This document shows, piece after piece, positions 55,151 through 64,000 of a stretch of DNA of 64,000 nt. The translations under genes and the position numbers were made by a program. The DNA is from an uncultured Methanosarcinales archaeon (GTDB taxonomy: Archaea; Nanobdellota; Nanobdellia; Woesearchaeales; GW2011-AR9): contig CAZGQD010000005.1 of assembly GCA_964527395.1 (NCBI GenBank), forward strand, positions 6,524 through 70,523. Direction: 5' to 3'. The first letter of the stretch is position 1. Every line of letters starts with the position of its first letter. The notes beneath the pieces are model-generated. The model was not told the DNA's origin and ran no database searches. It saw only the letters and a program-made list of their open reading frames with translations.

Positions 55151-55535
55151 AAAATGGTAGAAAAAATAGTTGTAGGAATTGTTGTATCTGATTCAAGTGT
55201 ATTGATGGTTCTAAGATCAGTAATTGAAGATAATCTTTCATGGGTGTTTCCAGGAGGAAAGGTTCTAGATTCTGAGGGAGAAGAAGCAGCAGTTTTGCGT
55301 GAGATTAGTGAAGAAACTGGCCTTATTTGTAAAGTAACTCAGAAATTAGGTGAGAGAATTCACCCAAATAGTGGAAAAATGATAATTTATTTTGCTTGTG
55401 AATATGTTAGTGGTGAATTGAATGATTCTAGTTCTGAAATAGAAAGGGTGGAATGGGTAGATATAAAACAAGTTAAAGAGAGAATAACTAGTGATCTTTT
55501 TGATAAAGTTGAAGATTTTTTAGATGAGAGTTAAT
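55151..55535 (+). repeat. 385-bp direct repeat, copy 2
   Basis: See 54157..54541. The upstream ttgaatttgtt is also shared, but copy 2 has an extra GC-rich 23-mer actgatactgggcgttggcgctc. Confidence 0.9.
55154..55534 (+). CDS. NUDIX hydrolase (copy 2; 124/126 aa identical to 54160..54540)
   Basis: Same Nudix box. Differs only at R14S and the last residue. Confidence 0.85.
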   Translation: MVEKIVVGIVVSDSSVLMVLRSVIEDNLSWVFPGGKVLDSEGEEAAVLREISEETGLICKVTQKLGERIHPNSGKMIIYFACEYVSGELNDSSSEIERVEWVDIKQVKERITSDLFDKVEDFLDES

Positions 55536-55649
55536 AATTATATAAGTGGAATAAGAGTTATATTTAGATACCAGTTGGTAGCAGAATGAGATTGAGAATC
55601 TTATCTTTTGTGCATAATATTTAAAATAACTGATGTTTTTGAATGATTT

Positions 55650-56219
55650 ATGAGATATTTACCTTTAACAATGCTTTTAGCTTCCTGTGCTAAACAAGGT
55701 TCTATTGATGCTCAAGTTGAGCTTGAATCAGTAGCTTGTTCAGCACCACATCAAGGAGTTGAAACAGAAATAACTAGTTTACATTTACCTGTTGGAAGCT
55801 ATGATAATCTTGCTTTTTTTGTGAGAAGAACTCAAGGAGAACCTTATGGTGATTTGAGAAGATTAGATTCTGAATTAAGTGATGATAATAATGGCAATGA
55901 TGGAAATATTTCATCTGCAGATTGGAGAGTAGGTTATAATTCTATGGAAGCTGCTGTGAATGCTGAATTTGGGACTTTGTTTGGAGAGGGTTTTTATGAT
56001 GATGGAGTTGCTAGAATGTGGAGAGAAGATTATCCTGAAAGAGTTTTGGTTGGTTTTCATTTAGGAGATGATGAATGTTGGAATTATATTGGAATGTTTG
56101 ATACGAGTGGAAACTTGCTTGATTTAGATAGTTACCAAATAGTGCCAAGAGATCAAATGGGTAGAGATTTGTATGAAAGATTTGGTTTTGAGAGTACTAC
56201 ATCAATAACCGAACATTAA
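55650..56219 (+). CDS. putative lipoprotein, unknown function
   Basis: MRYLPLTMLLASC has a lipobox-like LASC. Confidence 0.45.
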   Translation: MRYLPLTMLLASCAKQGSIDAQVELESVACSAPHQGVETEITSLHLPVGSYDNLAFFVRRTQGEPYGDLRRLDSELSDDNNGNDGNISSADWRVGYNSMEAAVNAEFGTLFGEGFYDDGVARMWREDYPERVLVGFHLGDDECWNYIGMFDTSGNLLDLDSYQIVPRDQMGRDLYERFGFESTTSITEH

Positions 56220-56233
56220 ATTAATAAAGAATT

Positions 56234-56779
56234 ATGTTTGCTTTTCTTTTTGATATGGAAAAATATGTGTTTCGTGAGGCTTCTGGTGAATATTCTAAGT
56301 ATTTTGAGGCTGAGAAGCTAAAATTGCTTGATTTGTTTGATGATTCTGTTAAAATTGAACATGTTGGGAGTACTGCTATTCCTGGTCTTGGTGGAAAAGG
56401 GATAGTTGATATTGTTGTAGGAGTTGAATCTGGATTTGAGAGTTTCAAAAAGAAGCTGGAACCAATAGGATACTTGTTTCGAGAGCATGTTAGTTCAGAT
56501 GATAGGTTGTTTTTTCGTAAGGAATATGATGAGGAAAGAGGAGTTCGTAGAGTGCATGTGCATTTGGTGACTTTTGAAGGTAATGAGTGGGTTAATCTGA
56601 CTGCGTTTCGTGACTATCTTTTGAAGCATCCAGAAACAATTGAAGCTTATGTAGCCTTGAAGAAAAAGGCAGTTAAAGTCGCTCAAGGTGAGGGTGAAGT
56701 TTATAGGGACTTTAAAAAGGAGTTCATTCTAGAAGTTATTGAGAAGGAATTGATTGAGAGAAAGAAAAATAAAGAATAA
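56234..56779 (+). CDS. GrpB/UPF0157 family nucleotidyltransferase-fold protein
   Basis: IEHVGSTAIPGLGGKGIVDIVVGV and RVHVHLV. Confidence 0.7.
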   Translation: MFAFLFDMEKYVFREASGEYSKYFEAEKLKLLDLFDDSVKIEHVGSTAIPGLGGKGIVDIVVGVESGFESFKKKLEPIGYLFREHVSSDDRLFFRKEYDEERGVRRVHVHLVTFEGNEWVNLTAFRDYLLKHPETIEAYVALKKKAVKVAQGEGEVYRDFKKEFILEVIEKELIERKKNKE

Positions 56780-56805
56780 TTGTGAAAAATATAATTTTGT
56801 TATAT

Positions 56806-57186
56806 CTATGCAGTTGCTCTGTTTGGTGCTGAACTTGTAACAGTTTCGCATACATCTTCTAGGTTTCCTAGTTGAGATGTAGATGTAATATCTCTAATTC
56901 TTCTTTTGAGATATTTTGCAATAGTTTCATGACTACCTTCTAATTGGTTAGCAATTATGTTTACAACTGAGCGTCTTTGAATATTATAAATGTCTCTTTC
57001 TGTTTCATCTTTGCCTTCATAATGAGTATTAATGATATTTTCTCCCATTTTTAGCAAGTCACTTGCAGCGTGTTGTGTACCTCTAAGTTTTAAAGCTAAA
57101 GCTACTAAATCATTTGTAGGTTCTTGAATGAATCTATCTCCTGTTGCTCTATATTCTAGGTTTGGACCGAAATATCCTGCTTTCAT
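56806..57186 (-). CDS. hypothetical protein
   Basis: 126-aa ORF. No motif recognised. Confidence 0.4.
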   Translation of the reverse strand: MKAGYFGPNLEYRATGDRFIQEPTNDLVALALKLRGTQHAASDLLKMGENIINTHYEGKDETERDIYNIQRRSVVNIIANQLEGSHETIAKYLKRRIRDITSTSQLGNLEDVCETVTSSAPNRATA

Positions 57187-57235
57187 AGACTTGTTAAAAG
57201 TGAAGCGTATTTATAAAGGTTTAGCTCAGTTATTA

Positions 57236-57910
57236 CTAATTAGTGGTGTTTATGTGAGAAATGACTTTTTTGAACTCATTTAGGTAGAATGGGACTAATT
57301 TTTTCACATCTTCAGTGTATTTGTTTGGGTTGTTTTTTAGCTCTTCTAGGATCTCATCTGGATAGTAGATTTCTATTCCAGAAGTCTCTCCATCTGCGAA
57401 TTTGATTGCTCCATCAAAAACACCTATGAAAATAGTAGTAATTTGAGGAAATTCAGCAAAAGTTCCATCTTTGTATTTATATTTAGCCATAAATTTGTTA
57501 ATTTTGTCTATTTTTTTGAAAACTCCAATGATTTTGAGGTCAGTTTCTTCCAAGGCTGTTTCGAACTCTGTATCAGTTAGAGCAGCTCCAGGAAAGCCAA
57601 GTTCTTCAGCAGCTTCTCTTAAAACAGTAAATTCAGCTGTTTCAGTGCCTCTTAAGTGTCCACCAATGGTTTTATCGTAGAGTAAGGTGTTTTCTTTTTT
57701 AATTTTGCTTCGTTTTGCTAGGTAAATACCACCTTTAGCGTTCATAAGAAATAGTCTGATGGTGTGAACCTGTCTTGAAACTTTTTTAGTGTTTTTGTAT
57801 TCTTCTCTGATTTGTTTATAGAATTCAGTTTTGTCTTGGAAATATAGAAAATTACCTTCTAAATCATAGACTTTTACCTGTTCCTTGTATAATTCAATTT
57901 CACTGGTCAT
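57236..57910 (-). CDS. NUDIX-fold hydrolase (IDI-like long form)
   Basis: Nudix box GGHLRGTETAEFTVLREAAEELGF. Fourth Nudix gene within 4 kb. Confidence 0.7.
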   Translation of the reverse strand: MTSEIELYKEQVKVYDLEGNFLYFQDKTEFYKQIREEYKNTKKVSRQVHTIRLFLMNAKGGIYLAKRSKIKKENTLLYDKTIGGHLRGTETAEFTVLREAAEELGFPGAALTDTEFETALEETDLKIIGVFKKIDKINKFMAKYKYKDGTFAEFPQITTIFIGVFDGAIKFADGETSGIEIYYPDEILEELKNNPNKYTEDVKKLVPFYLNEFKKVISHINTTN

Positions 57911-57946
57911 TTGGATAGTTGTTCAGAATGGCGTGTTTTTTAAAGA

Positions 57947-58678
57947 TTACCAGCCAAGATGCTTAATTAGGGCAGTTAGTTCTCCTGAGCCAAGGTCAGC
58001 AGCTCTTGCAGTGATTCCCCAATAATCAGTATGATTCTCATCGCAATGGTTGATATTTGCTGATTTTAGTCCAACTTCTACAGGAAGCTGTTTTAATTTA
58101 TATCTAGGCCAAAGGTTTTTATCGCCATGTTTTCCTCTTGGTTCTAGGTCTTCTTCATGACCTATTGCTTTTTGTTGATAATCAGTTGATTGAAATCTAA
58201 CATGTTTGTTACCAACACCATCGAAAGATCCGTAAAGTAATCCTTGTTCAGATTCAGATAAATGAAAGGAGTTGTTTACTCTTGTTAAAGCAGTTGTTCT
58301 CCTGCCAAAACCATAATCTAAACCAAAATTATGTTGTAATTCTTTCCATTCTTCTAAGTTGCCATCTTCTTCGTTAGAATTTTTTGTTGAAGGAAGGTGT
58401 AAGCTTTCTTGGTAAATTCCATAGGCAAGATTTAATTTTGCTTCAGTTTCACCAATTTGAAGATTGAATTCCAGCGCAAGGAATCTTAATCTTGTTCTAA
58501 GATGATGAGGAAAAAATGCTTGAAAATGGGTGTTGGCATTGATTGTATCTCTTAAGGTTTCTTGTGAGGTTATAGTAGAAAGTTTGTCTTTAATGTCAGT
58601 AATTATTCCAACTAAGTCAGGTTCAATAGTATCTAATCCAGTAGTGTGATAGATTCCGTTTATTAATTCGTAAGCCAT
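57947..58678 (-). CDS. hypothetical protein
   Basis: 243-aa ORF. No motif recognised. Confidence 0.4.
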   Translation of the reverse strand: MAYELINGIYHTTGLDTIEPDLVGIITDIKDKLSTITSQETLRDTINANTHFQAFFPHHLRTRLRFLALEFNLQIGETEAKLNLAYGIYQESLHLPSTKNSNEEDGNLEEWKELQHNFGLDYGFGRRTTALTRVNNSFHLSESEQGLLYGSFDGVGNKHVRFQSTDYQQKAIGHEEDLEPRGKHGDKNLWPRYKLKQLPVEVGLKSANINHCDENHTDYWGITARAADLGSGELTALIKHLGW

Positions 58679-58728
58679 TTTTGAGAAAATAAAAAAGTTA
58701 ATTTAAAAAGATATGTGTTATTTAGTGC

Positions 58729-59475
58729 TTATTTCTTGCCAAAGCGTTCAAAAGCTTTTAGAATCTCTAAAGGTAGAGCGAAAATCACAGTATTGTTCTT
58801 ATCTGCTGAGATGTCGCTTAGAGACTGCAAGGTTCTTAGATGCAATGCACCTTGGGATTTACCTAGCATAGTAGCTGCTTTTGCCATATCTTTAGCGGCT
58901 TCTAACTCTCCTGAGGCTTTGATGATTGCTGCACGTTTTTCTCGCTCACTTTCAGCTTCTGCAGCTAAGATTCGTTTCATCTCTTGTGGTAGCTCGATGT
59001 CTTTAAGTTCTACTGATTGGACTTCAATACCCCAAGGGTCTGTTGCTTTATCAACAATAAGTTTGATTTTTTGTGAGATTTTGTCTCTTGAAGATAGAAG
59101 GTCGTCTAGCATAACTTCACCAACAACGTCTCTCATAGTTGTTTGTGCCAATTGACTGGTTGCATAACCGAAGTGTTCAACCTCTAAAATAGCTTTACTT
59201 GCATCCATAACTCTGTAATATAGAACTGCGTTGACTCGAACAGATACGTTGTCTCTTGTGATTGCATCTTGGTTAGGAACATCAATAGTTTTTACACGTA
59301 GGTCAATTCTTTCCCAACTTTGTAGAAGAGGAATTACAAGTCTTAGACCTGGTTTTAACATACCTGAGTATCTACCTAAGGTGAAGAGAACTCCACGCTC
59401 ATATTCTGTTACTACTTTCAAACTTGATGCTAAGATCAAGACAATTAAGAATACTAATCCAATTCCGAATACCAT
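58729..59475 (-). CDS. SPFH/band-7 protein (stomatin/prohibitin homolog)
   Basis: N-terminal TM helix. VTEYERGVLFTLGRY...LRVKTIDVPNQDAITRDNVSVRVNAVLYYRV. C-terminal coiled coil. Confidence 0.85.
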   Translation of the reverse strand: MVFGIGLVFLIVLILASSLKVVTEYERGVLFTLGRYSGMLKPGLRLVIPLLQSWERIDLRVKTIDVPNQDAITRDNVSVRVNAVLYYRVMDASKAILEVEHFGYATSQLAQTTMRDVVGEVMLDDLLSSRDKISQKIKLIVDKATDPWGIEVQSVELKDIELPQEMKRILAAEAESEREKRAAIIKASGELEAAKDMAKAATMLGKSQGALHLRTLQSLSDISADKNNTVIFALPLEILKAFERFGKK

Positions 59476-59591
59476 GATATGTTGGTGAGATGATGGTATT
59501 TAATGCTTGTGATTCTTGTGTATGTGCATAGACTCAATTAATTACAAAGAAAATCTCAAGAAAATCTTTCGTTTCCTTAGATGTACCACCT

Positions 59592-59727
59592 AAGAAGATG
59601 GCGCCGTCCCTTCACTGGTAATGTTACTCACAACAAGATCTAAACAACGAGCATTTTGTGACTAACAGGAGCAAAATAGAACGCGAAGTGGTCACGCTTG
59701 CACTAAGTCTGACAGTGCCATCTTCTT
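59592..59727 (-). ncRNA. candidate structured RNA, family copy C (136 nt, minimal form)
   Basis: The minus strand reads AAGAAGATGGCACTGTC-AGAC...ACCAGTGAAGG-GACGGCGCCATCTTCTT. It lacks the variable arm of copies A, B and D. Inner hairpin ATTTTG/CAAAAT. Confidence 0.55.
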
Positions 59728-59828
59728 GATCACATCAAAAGTTAGCTATGCAAATACAATTTAATGGTGATTAGGTTAGTTTTGATTACAATAATATTTA
59801 TATTCTTATGATATTTGTTTTAGGTAAA

Positions 59829-60464
59829 ATGGGAAATGTTAGAGTTGATAAATTAAGAGAAAGAGTTTCTGGTGTGGTTTTTCCGGCAGGATGGTATAGA
59901 GATGAAGAAAGGGGTTCTGTGCCGATAATTGTTGCGGATTTAAAAAGTGGAGAGAGGGTTGCTTTAGTTTCTTTGTTTTCTAGAGAGACTCCAGAGGGAG
60001 TTCAAATATTTAATGATGAAGGAGAATATCTATTGTTTGGTCACAGAAGTCTTGATTCAGATGGAGATCCAAGAACTTATTCTAGTGATTTTGAAGGAGG
60101 TTATGGTCGGGATAAACCATTACCGTTGTATGAATTATCAGGGATGCAAACAACTCAGACTGAGTTTCCAGATAGAATAGAAACTTTAGGGAATTTGTCT
60201 CGTTATGTTTCTGGTGATGCATCAAGAGAATATGATCCAGTTTTATCTGATGTAGCTTTATTTAGTGCTGAGAGTGATAGGTTTGCGATGAAAATAGATG
60301 AACCAGATTGTGTTGTGAGTGTTTTATATGATGAGAATGCAGGTCAGCACTCAAGCTTTATGGCAAATGTAGTTGCTGAGAAAACAGATTCTTTAGATGC
60401 TTTAGGAAGGCCAGTTTACAGAATAACTAGTTTGGAAAAAGTAGATAAACCAGAAGGGTTATGA
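59829..60464 (+). CDS. hypothetical protein
   Basis: The ATG at 59829 is ~28 nt after ATTTATAT. The ORF-track ATG at 59808 lies too close to the TATA box. No motif recognised. Confidence 0.4.
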   Translation: MGNVRVDKLRERVSGVVFPAGWYRDEERGSVPIIVADLKSGERVALVSLFSRETPEGVQIFNDEGEYLLFGHRSLDSDGDPRTYSSDFEGGYGRDKPLPLYELSGMQTTQTEFPDRIETLGNLSRYVSGDASREYDPVLSDVALFSAESDRFAMKIDEPDCVVSVLYDENAGQHSSFMANVVAEKTDSLDALGRPVYRITSLEKVDKPEGL

Positions 60465-60469
60465 TTAGG

Positions 60470-61204
60470 TCACTTTTTAGCTTGATTCCATAGGATTTTG
60501 AAGAAGTTTTTGTATGAATCAGCAACTTTTTTGGATTTAATTACAAAAGCTTGAGGAGAATTTTCCCAGATGATGATTGAAACAGTATTGTTGTAAATTA
60601 GAGTTGTAGCAGGGTTGATTTGGTCCTTTGGAAGGAAGCGAATCTGGGATAAAGGTAAAGATCTTCTTTTTTCTCTTAATTTTTCGTTGAAAATAATTTT
60701 TAAAGGGATTTTTAGTTTAGCTCTTTTATCATGAAAGTGCTTGAAATACCAAGGGAATAGCTCTTTGAATTTTCCTTCAGCGCCGAATACGAAAAAGTCT
60801 GTTTTTTGATTAAGTACATCTTCTAAAATTGATTTTATGCCTCTTTTTCCTTGAAAAATAGTGCCTTCTTGTGAATATTCTGTAAGATTTCTTTTTGATT
60901 CTAATTTAGGAATCAATTTTTTTAGTTTTGTTTCTTTTTCAGTGAGCTGTTTTTTCTTTGTTTCTAGGAATTCTAAGAGTCTTTTTGGTTCATGAGCTTC
61001 GAAATGTTTAATATTTGCTTTAGAAACGTAAGAAATAATGCCTTTGTCAAGCAAAAGGTCAAGAAGGTTGTAGACTTGTGCCCTATGCATAGCTAGCTTT
61101 TTTACTAATGGTCCTGCAGGAGTTGAGCCTAATTCTAGTAATTTGAGGTATACTTGAACTTCTTTTTTAGTTAAACCTAAATCTTCAAGGATTTTTGTAT
61201 TCAT
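60470..61204 (-). CDS. TrmB-family transcriptional regulator
   Basis: N-terminal winged HTH LGLTKKEVQVYLKLLELGSTPAGPLVKKLAMHRAQVYNLLDLLLDKGI. Confidence 0.75.
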   Translation of the reverse strand: MNTKILEDLGLTKKEVQVYLKLLELGSTPAGPLVKKLAMHRAQVYNLLDLLLDKGIISYVSKANIKHFEAHEPKRLLEFLETKKKQLTEKETKLKKLIPKLESKRNLTEYSQEGTIFQGKRGIKSILEDVLNQKTDFFVFGAEGKFKELFPWYFKHFHDKRAKLKIPLKIIFNEKLREKRRSLPLSQIRFLPKDQINPATTLIYNNTVSIIIWENSPQAFVIKSKKVADSYKNFFKILWNQAKK

Positions 61205-61297
61205 ATGTTAGGAATTCCATAGTTTCTTTATAAGTGTGTTGTAATGTTTTGTTATTACAAGTATTTTTGTTGATTTTTTGATCTATTTTGGAATATT

Positions 61298-62224
61298 GTG
61301 GATTTAGAAAGAATTTTAAGAACAGCAGGTGGATTTTATCGTGATACTAAATATTATGATTCAAAAGTTGGTTATAAAGCTGCTGCTGCTCTTTATAAGG
61401 TAGTAAATGATGAAACTCCTATTAAGGATTTATTTGAACCTAGTGATGCTAAAAGATTTCTTATAAATTGGGGAAATGCTTGTCAAAAGTTAGAAAGATT
61501 TGATGAAGAAATAGAGGTGTTAGATCAATTAATTGAGTTAGATCCAAATAATGCAGTTTTTTTTAATGACAGAGGTTATAGTAAAATATGGTTAGGGCAA
61601 TATGAAGAGGCAATTTTAGATTTTGATAGAGCAGTTGAAGTAGGCATTGGAGATATATCAAATTTAGAAGTAGTTTATGCTAATAGAGGTTTTTCTAAAA
61701 TGAGGTTAGGGCATTATGAAGAGGCAATTTTAGATTTTGATAGAGCAGTTGAAGTAGGTATTGAAGATATATCAATTTTAATAGTAGTTTATCCTTATAG
61801 AGGTTTTTCTAAAATGAAATTAGGGCTATATGAAGAAGCAATTGAAGATTTTAATAGATTAATAGAATTAGATTCTTCTTTTAAAGTTGCTTTTAATAAT
61901 AGTGGTCTTTCTAAAAAGAATTTAGGGTTGAATGAAGAAGCTATTATTGATTTTGATAAGGCAGTTGAGTTAGATCCAGAATTTTATAATCCTTATACTT
62001 GGAGAGGAGAAATATTCTATGAGCAAGGTAAGAAGGAAGAAGCAGTTGTAAATTATCAAACCTCTTTTAATCTGTTAAAAGATGTTTCAGTGACGGATTT
62101 GAAACGGAATCAAGTTGAACATTTGATTATCTCAATTTCTGGTCTAGTATCATTAGGTTTTGATTATTCTAGTGAGTTAGAGAAGTATCAGGCAATTGCT
62201 GAAGAAAGAGGTTATAATTTTTGA
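61298..62224 (+). CDS. TPR-repeat protein (GTG start)
   Basis: Repeated ...YEEAIxDFDRAVEL(D)P... units. Confidence 0.7.
   Translation: MDLERILRTAGGFYRDTKYYDSKVGYKAAAALYKVVNDETPIKDLFEPSDAKRFLINWGNACQKLERFDEEIEVLDQLIELDPNNAVFFNDRGYSKIWLGQYEEAILDFDRAVEVGIGDISNLEVVYANRGFSKMRLGHYEEAILDFDRAVEVGIEDISILIVVYPYRGFSKMKLGLYEEAIEDFNRLIELDSSFKVAFNNSGLSKKNLGLNEEAIIDFDKAVELDPEFYNPYTWRGEIFYEQGKKEEAVVNYQTSFNLLKDVSVTDLKRNQVEHLIISISGLVSLGFDYSSELEKYQAIAEERGYNF
61601..61828 (+). repeat. 114-bp tandem duplication (two 38-codon TPR-like units)
   Basis: tatgaagaggcaattttagattttgatagagcagttgaagtagg occurs at 61601 and 61715. Confidence 0.8.
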
Positions 62225-62295
62225 AATATAAATAGGTAAGGAGCTTGATTTTATGGGTTAAGTTTTAAAAGGGTGGGCTTTCTTCTTTGCTTGTT

Positions 62296-63363
62296 ATGTT
62301 AACTGAGAAACAAGTAAAACAATTGCGGTCAGCTATAGAAGGGTCTTCTAATCCGTTATTTATATATGATGATGATCCAGATGGGCTAAGTGCTTTCTTG
62401 CTTTTGTATAAAATCATGGGAGAAGGTAAAGGAATGATGCTAAAAGCAGCTCCTAAGCTGGATTCTCGATTTTTACGAAAAATTGAGCATTTGTCGTATG
62501 ATTCTTTGTTTGTATTAGATGTTCCGATGATTGAACAGGATTTTATTGATGCTGTGAAAGTGCCAATATATTGGATGGATCATCATGGACCAGAAGATAT
62601 GAAAGGTTTGAAGTATTTTAATCCAAAATTGAATGATCCAAAAGGGTATTATCCTACAACATATTTGGCTTGGCAAGTTTCTAAGAATCCTGAGCATCTG
62701 TGGATTGCTATGGCTGGATGTTTAGCAGATTGGTTGTTGCCTGATTTTGTAGATGATTTTCGTAAAGAGTATCCTAAATTGTTGACAAAGAGGCATGCTA
62801 AAGATGTTGGAACTGCGTTGTTCAAATCCAAAATCGGGGAATTGACAATGGTGTTTTGGTTTATCTATAACGGAAGTAGTAGTGATGTTCAAAAGCGTTT
62901 AAATGTTGTGCGACAGATACGTTCGCCTGAAGAGATTTTAGAGCAGACAACGTCCAAAGGTAAGTTTTTGTGGAAGCATTATGTTAAGACACGAAAAGCG
63001 TATGACCATCATGTGAAGAAAGCTGGAGAAGTTAAGACTAGATCACGGATTTTGCACTATAACTATATTGATTCTAAGTATTCGTTTACATCAATTTTAG
63101 CTAATCAATTGCAGTGGTTATATCAAAATAAGGTTATTCTGATTACACGTAAAAGTGATGGGAAGTATAAATGCTCACTTCGGGCACAGTTTCCAATAGT
63201 TGATGCTTTGAAAGAATCTCTTGAAGGGATTGAAGGCTATGGTGGTGGGCATGCTAGTGCTTGTGGGGCTGTTGTTGCTGAAGAAGATTGGGATTTGTTT
63301 ATGAAAAAGTTTAAATCTAAGATAAACAGTATATGGCCAAAGAAAGAAAAAACTAAGAAATAG
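62296..63363 (+). CDS. DHH-family phosphoesterase (RecJ/NrnA-like)
   Basis: YDDDPDGLSA, WMDHHGP, GGGHASACGA (DHHA1). ATG at 62296; the ORF-track start at 62287 is TTG. Confidence 0.75.
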   Translation: MLTEKQVKQLRSAIEGSSNPLFIYDDDPDGLSAFLLLYKIMGEGKGMMLKAAPKLDSRFLRKIEHLSYDSLFVLDVPMIEQDFIDAVKVPIYWMDHHGPEDMKGLKYFNPKLNDPKGYYPTTYLAWQVSKNPEHLWIAMAGCLADWLLPDFVDDFRKEYPKLLTKRHAKDVGTALFKSKIGELTMVFWFIYNGSSSDVQKRLNVVRQIRSPEEILEQTTSKGKFLWKHYVKTRKAYDHHVKKAGEVKTRSRILHYNYIDSKYSFTSILANQLQWLYQNKVILITRKSDGKYKCSLRAQFPIVDALKESLEGIEGYGGGHASACGAVVAEEDWDLFMKKFKSKINSIWPKKEKTKK

Positions 63364-63438
63364 GTATTGTTTTTTGCTTATTGTTTGTAGTTAGTTGATT
63401 TGTTTGTGTTGCATAGTTGTTATTGAGGAAAGGTTAAG

Positions 63439-63705
63439 ATGGGAGTTGTTTTAATTCAAGGAATTGTAAGTGTTTTACTTGGTTTAGCTTCTGGCTTTGG
63501 ACTTGGAATGCTCACTTTTGAAGAAATAGATGTGTTTAAGAAATATCAAAAGGCTGTATTATTGGTTGTTAGTTTTGTGTTTTTGCTTAGTTTGTTGAAC
63601 AATTTGTCTGATGGATTTGAATCTGTGGTAGTTTTATGGTTGTCTTTGTATCTGCTTTGTTTTTATTTTGGGCTTAGTGGACATGCTAGGTTTATTCGAA
63701 AGTGA
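63439..63705 (+). CDS. small membrane protein
   Basis: 88 aa, three hydrophobic segments. Confidence 0.4.
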   Translation: MGVVLIQGIVSVLLGLASGFGLGMLTFEEIDVFKKYQKAVLLVVSFVFLLSLLNNLSDGFESVVVLWLSLYLLCFYFGLSGHARFIRK

Positions 63706-63758
63706 AGCACTGGTTCCTAGAATCTTTTGAGTCTAGTTTCTTTTTTTTAATTATACAA

Positions 63759-63939
63759 AGAGATTAGCGCTGTCAGACCTAACCTCACTGGAACCGTTCG
63801 GAACTTGGTTCACATGTTCACCAAGTAATGCAGGCGTGTCTACTTCGCTGTGATTTTTGCTCCTTTCAGTCACAAAAATGCTCGTTGTTTAAGTCTTGTT
63901 TTGAATGTAATTGCCAGTGAGGAGACGGTGCTAATCTCT
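63759..63939 (+). ncRNA. candidate structured RNA, family copy D (181 nt)
   Basis: 16-bp closing stem AGAGATTAGCGCTGTC/GACGGTGCTAATCTCT with two G.U pairs. Extra 9-bp helix CCTCACTGG/CCAGTGAGG. Inner hairpin ATTTTTG/CAAAAAT. Confidence 0.55.
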
Positions 63940-64000
63940 AATTTCGAGCAAAGCTCTCTTGATTTTGCTGTGCAAAGTTTTGTTGAGCATGATTTTGTTG

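Overview
Low-GC archaeal chromosome segment, most consistent with a small-genome DPANN-type archaeon. Supporting this are archaeal 16S/23S signatures, aIF2-gamma, Rpo4/F, L21e, S17e, L41e, Elp3, SepF and DUF655, plus many leaderless genes starting about 24 nt downstream of TTTATAAA-type TATA boxes. Content in order: (i) A tRNA-flanked five-gene operon (2.0-11.7 kb) encodes membrane-anchored, Cys/Asp-rich beta-helix surface proteins with alternating dockerin-like and cohesin-like modules. It is followed by SppA and a giant S8 protease. (ii) A single 16S-tRNAAla-23S operon has no 5S. It carries a 116-nt BHB-type intron inside the universal 16S GGATTAGATACCC site and a 377-nt ORF-less group I intron in 23S domain IV, with P1, P10 and the P/Q/R/S elements all readable. 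(iii) Housekeeping genes include folP and, 2 kb away, a CADD/CT610-like putative pABA synthase. (iv) There is a second, sequon-rich 1187-aa beta-helix protein, a pilin-like gene and a prepilin peptidase. (v) Four copies of a 136-181-nt GC-enriched element have copy-specific closing stems and a K-turn-like junction, and one unrelated 161-nt stem-closed GC island is also present. Both are candidate undescribed structured RNAs. (vi) A NUDIX-rich accessory patch contains a 385-bp near-perfect duplication and a DUF4258/DUF2283-like gene pair. No CRISPR array, transposase, integrase or reverse transcriptase was seen. All functional calls rest on motif reading by eye; no database search was possible.
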